Below are positions 48,702 through 56,631 of a DNA stretch of 64,000 bases, piece after piece. The notes under the pieces were generated by a model that did no database searches, was not told the origin of the DNA, and saw nothing but the letters and a program-made list of their open reading frames with translations. Location of the stretch: assembly GCA_023818695.1 (NCBI GenBank), contig JAMWCF010000001.1:83306-147305 (forward strand). The letters are read 5' to 3'. Within the stretch, counting starts at the first letter, position 1. Each line of letters opens with the position of its first letter. This stretch comes from Candidatus Omnitrophota bacterium (GTDB lineage: Bacteria; Omnitrophota; Gorgyraeia; 1-14-0-20-64-10). The translations under genes were made by a program, and so were the position numbers.

Positions 48702-49270
48702 TGGATAGTCTGACGACGCGGGAAGCGATCCGGCTAGTGGCCGAGCGGCTGACGGATGAGTTGGTTGTTTGCACCACCGGATACACCTGCCGGGACATGC
48801 AGGCGGTTTGCGACCGCCCGGGAAACTTCTACATGATCGGTTCCATGGGGCTTGCTTCTTCCATTGGTTTGGGAGTGGCTTTGGCGAAGCCGTGTACAAG
48901 AGTGGTGATTTTCGACGGGGACGGCGCCCTGCTGATGGGGTTGGGCAACCTGTCAATGATCGGCGGGCTGGCTCCCCGCAACCTGATCCATCTGGTGTTT
49001 GACAATGAAGTCTTTGCTTCGACCGGAAGGCAGCCGACCTATTCCGCGAGCGTTCCGCTGGACCGGATGGCGGCGGCGGCCGGTTATGCCGTTGTGCTCC
49101 GGGCGGAATCTCCCGACCAGCTGACGGGCGGATGGGAGAAAATCCGGACCGGAAACGGCCCTTCTTTTCTGCTGGTGAAGTGCCATCCTGACGAGGGGCG
49201 CCCCATGGAGAGAGTTCGACTCGCTCCGGAGGCCATTACTAACCAGTTCATGAGGACGGTTCGACCATGA
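48698..49270 (+). CDS. phosphonopyruvate (or sulfopyruvate) decarboxylase, beta subunit (TPP-binding PP domain)
   Basis: GSMGLASSIGLGVALA and VVIFDGDGALLMGLGNLSMIG...FDNEV (GDG-x24-27-N TPP motif). Confidence 0.7.
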   Translation: MMDSLTTREAIRLVAERLTDELVVCTTGYTCRDMQAVCDRPGNFYMIGSMGLASSIGLGVALAKPCTRVVIFDGDGALLMGLGNLSMIGGLAPRNLIHLVFDNEVFASTGRQPTYSASVPLDRMAAAAGYAVVLRAESPDQLTGGWEKIRTGNGPSFLLVKCHPDEGRPMERVRLAPEAITNQFMRTVRP

Positions 49271-50544
49271 AACGACGACATCGGGTTGCGCACCGCTATC
49301 CGAAACCGAAACGCAGAAGGTTGAGACTCCGCAGAAGGACGGTGCTCAAAAAGACGCAAGTCGTTGCCCGCGCCGCGCCGGCCGCGCCGCCGCCGGCTCC
49401 CAAGGAGGTTCCGCCCCCGGCCCCCGCGCCGTCCAGGGAAAAAGGGTCCGGGAAGCGCCAAATCCTGCTGTGTCCCGGACCCGTGGTGACCAGCCAGCAC
49501 GTCCGGTCGGCCCTTTTGCAGCCGGATATGTGCCATCGCGAACCGGAATTCGCCAACCTCCTGCAGAATGTTCGGGCGAAGCTGCTGCATGTCTTGGGAC
49601 TGGACGGGCGTTATATCCCCGTCATCCTGACCGGTTCGGGGACGGCCGCCCTGGAGGCGGCGGTGATGGCCAGCGTCGAACCCGGCAAGAAGCTCCTGGT
49701 CATCAACAACGGTGTCTACGGCTCCCGGATCGCCCAAGCGGCCCGCATCCATGAGATTCCGTTGGTGGAGATCCGTTCCCCTTTGACGGAGAGACCGGAT
49801 TTAAACCGGGTGGTGGCGGCCATGAAGCGGGAGCCGAAGATCGGCACGGTCGCGATGGTCCACCATGAGACCTCTACCGGTTTGCTCAACCCGGTTGCCG
49901 AGGTCGGCGCTTTGACGAAGCAATACAAGAAGAAATTTCTCGTCGACGCCATCAGCAGCCTGGGTGCGGAAAGGCTGGATCTGGTCAAGTCCAACGTGAC
50001 GTTCTGCGTCGGTTCTTCTGGCAAATGCTTTCACGGACTGCCCGGCCTTTCCTTCGTGCTGGTGGCCCAATCGGAGGTGCCGTCGGTCATGAAAGCCAGG
50101 CCCCGCTCCCTTTACCTAGATTTAGGAAAGCACCTCAAGGCCCAGGAATCCGGTGAACCGCCGTTCACTCCCGCCGTGCCTCTGGTCATCGCTTTCCACG
50201 CCGCTTTGGATGAGCTGCTGCGGGAGGGATTGAAATCGCGCATGGAGAAGTACCAGGAGCGGGCCAAATTCTTACGGGAGGGGTTTCACAAGATGGGTTT
50301 GTCCCCCTTGTTGGATGAGAAGATCATGTCCAACAGTTTGACCTCTCTGCTGATGCCCAAGGGGCTTTCCTATCAGCAGCTGCACCATCTTCTCAAACGC
50401 CATGGTTTCGTTATTTACGCCGGCCAGAGTGAGCTGCGGGGCAGGATTTTCAGGGTGGCTCATATGGGGCAGCTGCTTCAGGCCGATCTGAAGGAATTTT
50501 TGAGAGTTCTAAAGGAATCGCTGGAACGGGCTTCCGCGTCGTAG
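49267..50544 (+). CDS. phnW: 2-aminoethylphosphonate:pyruvate aminotransferase-like class V aminotransferase with ~65-aa basic/Pro-rich N-terminal extension
   Basis: LLCPGPVVTS, VHHETSTGLLNPVAEVGAL, SSGKCFHGLPGLSFV (PLP Lys), RSLYLDL and GFVIYAGQ track Salmonella PhnW block by block as I recall it. Confidence 0.75.
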   Translation: MKRRHRVAHRYPKPKRRRLRLRRRTVLKKTQVVARAAPAAPPPAPKEVPPPAPAPSREKGSGKRQILLCPGPVVTSQHVRSALLQPDMCHREPEFANLLQNVRAKLLHVLGLDGRYIPVILTGSGTAALEAAVMASVEPGKKLLVINNGVYGSRIAQAARIHEIPLVEIRSPLTERPDLNRVVAAMKREPKIGTVAMVHHETSTGLLNPVAEVGALTKQYKKKFLVDAISSLGAERLDLVKSNVTFCVGSSGKCFHGLPGLSFVLVAQSEVPSVMKARPRSLYLDLGKHLKAQESGEPPFTPAVPLVIAFHAALDELLREGLKSRMEKYQERAKFLREGFHKMGLSPLLDEKIMSNSLTSLLMPKGLSYQQLHHLLKRHGFVIYAGQSELRGRIFRVAHMGQLLQADLKEFLRVLKESLERASAS

Positions 50545-50555
50545 GCAGGGGACTG

Positions 50556-51218
50556 ATGCAGCCGATCAACCGTCGTCTTTCGAGGCATGTCACGCCACTG
50601 TTGATCGCTTGCGGCCTGAATCCTACCCAGGTCACGCTGATAGGGTTGGCGGCAGGCATGATCGCCGCTTTGTATTTTTACCAGGGGGATCCCCGCTCCT
50701 GGGTGATTGGCGCCATCTGGTTCCAGGCGGCTTACCTGCTGGACAATTGCGACGGAGAGGTCGCCCGGCTCACGAACCGGACAAGCGGATTTGGCAGCTG
50801 GATCGATACCATCACCGACTGCCTGATCCACATCGGGTTTTTCGGCGGGCTGGGATGCGGGATCAGCCGTTATACCGGCAATCCCGTGTGGTTTCGGTTG
50901 GGGCTGCTTGCTTGCGGCGGCGTCCTGCTGTCGTATCTGACCTTCGTGGCCGAGCAGGTGCAGATCAGGGGGCGGGCGGCCTGGATCCATCCGGATCCTC
51001 CCCAGGAAGAGGCCCTGAAGTCTTTCTGGAAGCAGCTCCGGAAGCTGTTCCGGGAGGATTTCTCTTTCGTCGTATTGGGTTCGGCGTTGGTCCAGCAGAT
51101 GGCCTGGCTTTTATGGAGCGGCATCGCGGGGTCCTTCCTCATTGGGTTCGCCAGCCTCTTGTCGATTACGGTCCGCAGCGGCCGGTTGTTCCAGCATTAC
51201 ACGAACAGACGCGTTTGA
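50556..51218 (+). CDS. CDP-alcohol phosphatidyltransferase family membrane protein
   Basis: DNCDGEVARLTNRTSGFGSWIDTITD (50742..50819) fits D-x2-DG-x2-AR-x8-G-x3-D-x3-D exactly. Multiple TM segments. Confidence 0.8.
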   Translation: MQPINRRLSRHVTPLLIACGLNPTQVTLIGLAAGMIAALYFYQGDPRSWVIGAIWFQAAYLLDNCDGEVARLTNRTSGFGSWIDTITDCLIHIGFFGGLGCGISRYTGNPVWFRLGLLACGGVLLSYLTFVAEQVQIRGRAAWIHPDPPQEEALKSFWKQLRKLFREDFSFVVLGSALVQQMAWLLWSGIAGSFLIGFASLLSITVRSGRLFQHYTNRRV

Positions 51219-51225
51219 ATCCTTT

Positions 51226-52185
51226 ATGAAAAAGATGAGATGGCTGGGCGTCCTTTTTGGCACCGCGCTTTTTGTTGGCATCCTGTGCCAGTCCGATCTG
51301 TCCTTGGTCTGGGATCAGGTCCGTTCCTTGAAACCGTGGCGCTTCGGCATCATCGTTCTTTTTTACGGCGTCATTTTCTGGCTGGATACGTTGGGATGGA
51401 AGTTCGCCATGAACCACTCGGCGGGAGGCCTTGTCCGCTGGGACCGGCTTTTCAGGGCCCGTCTGGCGGGGGAAGCGTTGAATTACGTCACGCCGGCGGC
51501 CGCGCTGGGAGGGGAGCCGGTAAAAGCGTATATCTTGTCGAAAAAGTACGGGGTCCCGCTTTCAGACGGAATGGCCTCCGTGGTGGTCGCCAAGACCACG
51601 CTTGCCGTCAGCATGCTGTTGTTCGTTCTGACCGGCGTGGTTTTGACCTTGTTGACCCAGCCGATTCCTCCCGTGGTTTCATCCTTGGTCTGGACCACCT
51701 TTTCCGTTCTGGCCCTGCTGATGGGCCTTTTCATGGCGGTTCAGTTTTCACGGCCGTTTCAGCGTGCGGCCGGCTTCGCCCAGCGGTTTCTGCCGGGCTG
51801 GATCTCCTCTTTTCTGGAGAAAGCCAAGGAATGGGACCGGGCGATCCTCCACTACTACCGGCTTTCTCCGGAACGGTTTTTTTATTCCCTCACGTTTCAT
51901 TTCCTGGGGTGGGTGGCCGGGGTCATCGAAGTTTACCTGATTTTCCACTTTCTACAGGCCCCGGTCGGGTGGTCGACGGCCTGGTCGGTTGAGGCGTTAT
52001 GGGTCCTCTTGCGCAGCGGGGCCTTCATGATTCCTGCCACTCTGGGGGCCAGTGAGGGTTTTCTCCTGCTGATCTGCGTCGGCATGGGACTTGGAGCTGT
52101 CAGCGGTTTGGCCCTCGCTTTGGTCCGGCGGGCGAGAGAGCTTCTGTGGATGGGATTGGGTCTTGTGGAGTTCTCAAGGGGATGA
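51226..52185 (+). CDS. HpnL-like / UPF0104 (lysylphosphatidylglycerol-synthase TM region) flippase-like membrane protein
   Basis: ~8 TM segments, with RLAGEALNYVTPAAALGGEPVKAY typical of the family. Its position next to hpnA matches other hopanoid clusters. Confidence 0.6.
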   Translation: MKKMRWLGVLFGTALFVGILCQSDLSLVWDQVRSLKPWRFGIIVLFYGVIFWLDTLGWKFAMNHSAGGLVRWDRLFRARLAGEALNYVTPAAALGGEPVKAYILSKKYGVPLSDGMASVVVAKTTLAVSMLLFVLTGVVLTLLTQPIPPVVSSLVWTTFSVLALLMGLFMAVQFSRPFQRAAGFAQRFLPGWISSFLEKAKEWDRAILHYYRLSPERFFYSLTFHFLGWVAGVIEVYLIFHFLQAPVGWSTAWSVEALWVLLRSGAFMIPATLGASEGFLLLICVGMGLGAVSGLALALVRRARELLWMGLGLVEFSRG

Positions 52186-53183
52186 GCCGGGACGTCGTTT
52201 TTGTAACCGGGGCGACCGGTTTCGTGGGCAGCCACGTCGTTCTGAAGCTGCTGGAGAGGGGCAAACGGGTTCGGGTCTTTGCCAGGCGCAGCAGCAACCT
52301 GAAGAACCTCAAGGGGCTGGACGTCGAAATGGTTTACGGCGACTTGACCGACGCCAAATCCATACGGGAAGCCATGCGCGGGTGCCGGCAGGTGTATCAT
52401 GTTGCCGCGGATTACCGGCTGTGGGCCCCGCAGCCGGCCGCCATCTATCAAAACAACGTTCAGGGCACCAGAAACGTTCTGGAAGCGGCTTCGCAAGAAA
52501 AAGTGGAGAAGATCGTTTATACCTCCACCGTAGGGGCTCTGGGATTTTCGCAGGATGGTTCCCCGTCGACGGAGCAGACCGCTGTCACCCTGGAGGACAT
52601 GGTGGGCCATTATAAGCGCTCCAAGTTTCTGGCGGAGCAGGAAGCGATGGCCGCCGCCAAGGCAGGGTTTCCGGTTGTGATCGTTAATCCCTCCACGCCG
52701 GTCGGAGCGATGGATATCAAGCCGACTCCTACTGGACAGATGATCGTGGATTTTTTGAACGGGCGGATGCCGGCCTATGTGGAGACCGGTCTGAACCTGA
52801 TCGATGTGGAGGATGTGGCGGAGGGGCATCTGCTGGCGATGGAGACGGGGCGAGTCGGCGAAAAGTACATCCTGGGGAACGAGAATCTTTCTCTGAAGGA
52901 GATCCTGGAGATGTTGAGTCGGATCAGCGGGCTGGCGTCGCCGAAAATCCGCCTGCCAAGGGGGATCGCCCTGGGGATCGCCTGTGTGAGCACCGGATGG
53001 GGGCGTCTCACCGGCCGCACTCCCCGCGTGCCGCTGGAGGCGGTCCGGATGTCGAAAAAGAAGATGTATTTCGATTCCTCCAAAGCGGTGAAGCATCTAG
53101 GGCTTCCCCAGCGTCCCGTTCAGGATGCCCTTCAGAAGGCCGTTGTCTGGTTCCGGCAGAACGGCTACGTTCGAAGGAATTGA
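52182..53183 (+). CDS. hpnA: hopanoid-associated sugar epimerase HpnA (NAD-dependent epimerase/dehydratase)
   Basis: VFVTGATGFVGSHVV...VRVFARRSSNLKNLKGLDVEMVYGDLTD and YKRSK (YxxxK). ATGA overlaps the upstream gene. Confidence 0.8.
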   Translation: MSRDVVFVTGATGFVGSHVVLKLLERGKRVRVFARRSSNLKNLKGLDVEMVYGDLTDAKSIREAMRGCRQVYHVAADYRLWAPQPAAIYQNNVQGTRNVLEAASQEKVEKIVYTSTVGALGFSQDGSPSTEQTAVTLEDMVGHYKRSKFLAEQEAMAAAKAGFPVVIVNPSTPVGAMDIKPTPTGQMIVDFLNGRMPAYVETGLNLIDVEDVAEGHLLAMETGRVGEKYILGNENLSLKEILEMLSRISGLASPKIRLPRGIALGIACVSTGWGRLTGRTPRVPLEAVRMSKKKMYFDSSKAVKHLGLPQRPVQDALQKAVVWFRQNGYVRRN

Positions 53184-53185
53184 AC

Positions 53186-53848
53186 ATGCCCCGCACGGTT
53201 TCCGTGCTGGTCGTGACGGCTGTCCGTCAGGAGATGGATCGATCCGTCATTGGGGCGGACCCCGCGGTCAGGGTTTTGGTCACCGGCGTAGGACAGCGGA
53301 ACGTCCACCGCTCGCTTGGCCCCTTTTTGAGGGAGAATGCCGTCCGGCTCCTCATCAGCGCCGGTTTTTCCGGCGGCGTTCGGCCCGGCTACAGGGTCGG
53401 GGACCTCGTAATGGCCTCGGAGGTCCTGGATGAGCACTCAGCGGGGAGGTGGAAGCCGTCGAAGCCGCCGGAATCGTGGAACGGCCGCATTGCGAGCGGC
53501 CCTTTCATCACCGCCTCCTCGGTGGTAAGGAGTTCCGCTTCCAAGAAGGAGATCGGCATGCGGACCGCCGCCGCGGCGGTGGACATGGAAAGCGCGGCTG
53601 TGGCTGCCCTCGCCGAGGCGGCAGGGGTTCCCTGGGTCGCGATCCGGGCCATCCTGGATCCCATGGAGGCGGATCTGATGGTCGGATCTCTTCCGGAGGC
53701 GTGCGCGCTGATGATGCGTCCCTCTCGGTGGGCGGATCTGCGCCGTTTCCTTGCGTCCGTCAAGGTTGCCAGGCGTTCTTTGGCTGAAGGAATTCGGTTC
53801 CTTATGGATGTCAATTCAGAGGTGCTTCAGGAACAGAGATCAAATTAA
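53186..53848 (+). CDS. hpnG: hopanoid-associated phosphorylase HpnG (PNP/UDP phosphorylase family)
   Basis: LLISAGFSGG, AAAVDMESAAVAALA, WVAIRAILDP. Confidence 0.75.
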   Translation: MPRTVSVLVVTAVRQEMDRSVIGADPAVRVLVTGVGQRNVHRSLGPFLRENAVRLLISAGFSGGVRPGYRVGDLVMASEVLDEHSAGRWKPSKPPESWNGRIASGPFITASSVVRSSASKKEIGMRTAAAAVDMESAAVAALAEAAGVPWVAIRAILDPMEADLMVGSLPEACALMMRPSRWADLRRFLASVKVARRSLAEGIRFLMDVNSEVLQEQRSN

Positions 53849-53861
53849 GGAGAAAACGGCA

Positions 53862-54866
53862 ATGGAGTTAGACAAGGTTGCGTCCCTTATTGAATCGGAA
53901 TACCGGTTTCTGACTCGAGTTCATGACCGGTGGAGTTTGACGGCTGGCCCGCAGGACATGGAGCTGGTTGCTCATGCTTTGCGGGTGATCCTCCATATGG
54001 GCAAGGCGGGTTCTTCTCTGAACGAATACCGCGCTTTGATCAAGACGCAGCATGAAGACGGCGGATGGGGCCGCGAGTCCACGGAAAAAGAATCGGCCGC
54101 CTGGGTTTCCGCTTTCTGCGGTCTGATGCTGATCCGCGCCAATGCCGTCCTTCAGAACGCGGAGCTCGAAAGGTCGATCTGGAAATCGATCGATTATTTC
54201 CTCAAGGACCAGAAAGGGGATGGCCGCTGGGTTGACAGCGAGTGGGGCGATCTGGACACGACGTCCCATCCGGTCAGCTTTTTCAACGTCGTCCTGGCGT
54301 TGGGCACCCCCGCCATGAAGGACGCCGTCAGGACCTCCTGGAGGAAGGGACTGCGCTTCATCATCGACGGTCAGTCCGAGGATGGGGGATGGTACGATCC
54401 GGTTTTTCAGCCCTCGGGTGTGGAGACTACCGCCCATCTCGTGCAGGATTCCGTGATCGCCTCTTTGGTCCTGCCGGAGGGGTTGCCGGTGCGGCCGGTC
54501 TGCGAGAAGGGGTTGAACTGGATCCTCGAGCACCAGGCGCAGGACGGTTCGTGGGATGACCACAACGTGGACCATTCGATGGATTGCACCCGCTCGATCC
54601 TCCTGATTTCCCGCATGCTGAAGGCGGAGGAAAAAGCGCGGCCGGCGATCGACAAAGCGATCGACTGGATCGTGAAGGTCAAGAACGAGAATGGCTGGCC
54701 AGATTTCCCGGGAATGGAGACCAACCTGGAGAGAACCTGCGACGGACTGGATGTCCTGTTGAAATACCAGGCCTGGCGCCAGCCGGATTCCCTGGAGGTT
54801 GTCAGGAGATGGGGCTATGCCCCCGGCAACCCGACCTTCATCCAGGGGATCGAGGCGAGGGTCTAG
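53862..54866 (+). CDS. prenyltransferase/squalene-cyclase repeat (alpha/alpha-toroid) protein, 334 aa
   Basis: Repeated QW-like units HEDGGWGRE, QKGDGRWVD, QSEDGGWYD, QAQDGSWDD, KNENGWPDF. The DxDD position reads GDLDTT (degenerate). Confidence 0.6.
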   Translation: MELDKVASLIESEYRFLTRVHDRWSLTAGPQDMELVAHALRVILHMGKAGSSLNEYRALIKTQHEDGGWGRESTEKESAAWVSAFCGLMLIRANAVLQNAELERSIWKSIDYFLKDQKGDGRWVDSEWGDLDTTSHPVSFFNVVLALGTPAMKDAVRTSWRKGLRFIIDGQSEDGGWYDPVFQPSGVETTAHLVQDSVIASLVLPEGLPVRPVCEKGLNWILEHQAQDGSWDDHNVDHSMDCTRSILLISRMLKAEEKARPAIDKAIDWIVKVKNENGWPDFPGMETNLERTCDGLDVLLKYQAWRQPDSLEVVRRWGYAPGNPTFIQGIEARV

Positions 54867-54871
54867 GAAAG

Positions 54872-55237
54872 ATGAGCGGCCAGCGGGTTCGGGTGGCTTC
54901 GGCGGCGGACGTGCCGCCGGGCGGTTCCTGCCTGGTGCAGGTTGATGGGAAGGACGTCGCTCTTTTCAACGTCGACGGCCGCTTTTTCGCCGTCGGCAAC
55001 AGGTGCCCCCATCGATCGGGTCCGCTGGTCCGCGGCCGGGTCGAAAAGATAGAGGAGAAGTGCGCCGTACGCTGTCCCCTGCATGGCTGGCTGTTCGATC
55101 TGGAATCCGGCAGGTGCCTGACGCGGGCGAGTGCCACCGTCCCGACATTTCCGGTTTTATGCGAGGAGGGGCAGGTTCTGCTGGGAGCGCAGGAGGGAGC
55201 ATACGCCGGTCCTAGCACGCTGGTGCCCGGTTCCTGA
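54872..55237 (+). CDS. small Rieske [2Fe-2S] domain protein (NirD-like)
   Basis: CPHRSGPL ... CPLHGW is the Rieske CxH/CxxH pair. 121 aa. Confidence 0.8.
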   Translation: MSGQRVRVASAADVPPGGSCLVQVDGKDVALFNVDGRFFAVGNRCPHRSGPLVRGRVEKIEEKCAVRCPLHGWLFDLESGRCLTRASATVPTFPVLCEEGQVLLGAQEGAYAGPSTLVPGS

Positions 55238-56631
55238 TGACCGCCGTCATTCTGGCCGCCGGCGTGGGCAAGAGAATGGGCGCCGGGGCGCTCCCCAAAA
55301 CGCTTTCCGTGGTCGCCGGCCAATCCCTTTTGAGAAGAATGCTGGAGTCCCTTCAGGCCGCCGGTGTGCGGCGGGTTGTCTTGGTGGTCGGATACCGGAA
55401 AGAGGAGGTTGTGGAGGAGGCCAGGCGTTACGCCGGCCGGATGGAGCTTTCGGTCATTGAGAACCCAAGGTTCCGGGAAGGAGCGATCCTCTCCCTGTGG
55501 TCCGCCCGGGATGTTTTTTCAGACGACCTGCTGATTATGGACTCGGATGTTTTCTTCCCCCCCGCTTTCATACAGAAGCTGGTTGCCTCCGCCCACCGAA
55601 ACTGCATCCTTGTCGACGGGACATCGCCGGATACGGGGGAGGAACAGATTGTTCTGGGCATCGGGGAAAGGGTTTTCCACATCACGAAGCGTCCCACCGA
55701 TCAACAGAAAAGCGATTGGATTCCTTTCGGGGAGTCGGTCGGGTTTCTGAAGCTGGAGGAGGCGGCGGCTGGCACCCTGAAGGTCTTGCTGGATGAGAAG
55801 GTGCAGGCGGGGATCGTGAATATAGAGCATGAACAAGTTTACCCGGAACTCTTCAAACGGTTTCACGTCGGTTTCGAAAAGGTGGACGGCTTCGCCTGGA
55901 CGGAGATCGACACGCCGGAGGACCTGGTCAGGGCAAAAGAGGAAATCTATCCCAGGTGGAACCGGTCGGTGTGCCTGAATCGCCGGCTGTCCGGCGCCCT
56001 GCTGCCTTTTGTGCTGAAGCTGCCTCTTCGCCCGAACCACTGGACATCCCTTTCGCTTCTGTCCGGTCTGGCGGCCCTGCTTCAGTTCAGCCGGGGGGAC
56101 TACGCGTCGGGGATCTGGGGGGCTTTCCTTTTCCAGCTTTTCTATCTCATCGACAACTGGGATGGAGATGTCGCCCGGGCGAAAGGGTTGATGTCGACCT
56201 GGGGCGGCTGGTTCGACGTCGCAGCCGACGGGATTGTTCAGCTTTTATTGCCGCTGGCGCTGGCGGCGGGGTTGGTTCAGCGGGGATGGGACATGTCCGT
56301 TTACGCGTGGGGATGGGTTGGAACGGCCGGGATCGCCCTTTCTTTCGCCGCGACGAGTTTTGCCAAGACAAGAGGGTTCGGCCCTTCCGTTTATGAAGAC
56401 CGAGGCCGAACCGGTGCTGTTCGGCCGGGGAGATGGAGGGAGTCGCTTCGGGCGAATCTGACGAACGAGAATTTTTCCCTCGTCGTCATGGCGCTGTTTC
56501 TGCTGGACTGGAGGTTTCTTTTCCTCGTTCTGTCCGCTCTAGGATCAAATTTTTTCTGGATCAGCTTTCTCTGGAAGGAAAGGCGCCGGTTATTCCGGCG
56601 GCCTCACAGTTTCGCCCACGCCCGCCTGTAA
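55237..56631 (+). CDS. bifunctional nucleotidyltransferase / CDP-alcohol phosphatidyltransferase fusion
   Basis: N-terminus AVILAAGVGKRMG (sugar/alcohol-phosphate nucleotidyltransferase). The C-terminal TM domain has DNWDGDVARAKGLMSTWGGWFDVAADG (56152..56232), a perfect CDP-OH-PT motif. Confidence 0.8.
   Translation: MTAVILAAGVGKRMGAGALPKTLSVVAGQSLLRRMLESLQAAGVRRVVLVVGYRKEEVVEEARRYAGRMELSVIENPRFREGAILSLWSARDVFSDDLLIMDSDVFFPPAFIQKLVASAHRNCILVDGTSPDTGEEQIVLGIGERVFHITKRPTDQQKSDWIPFGESVGFLKLEEAAAGTLKVLLDEKVQAGIVNIEHEQVYPELFKRFHVGFEKVDGFAWTEIDTPEDLVRAKEEIYPRWNRSVCLNRRLSGALLPFVLKLPLRPNHWTSLSLLSGLAALLQFSRGDYASGIWGAFLFQLFYLIDNWDGDVARAKGLMSTWGGWFDVAADGIVQLLLPLALAAGLVQRGWDMSVYAWGWVGTAGIALSFAATSFAKTRGFGPSVYEDRGRTGAVRPGRWRESLRANLTNENFSLVVMALFLLDWRFLFLVLSALGSNFFWISFLWKERRRLFRRPHSFAHARL

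Noticed and set aside
48201-49270. Alternative reading of the split TPP decarboxylase as sulfopyruvate decarboxylase (ComDE), which would imply a sulfonate product (taurine-type).
   Set aside because: This is not fully excluded but is less likely. The neighbouring aminotransferase tracks PhnW closely and a PepM-like mutase is adjacent. No sulfolactate-pathway genes are nearby, and cysDN lie 20 kb away in a separate unit.
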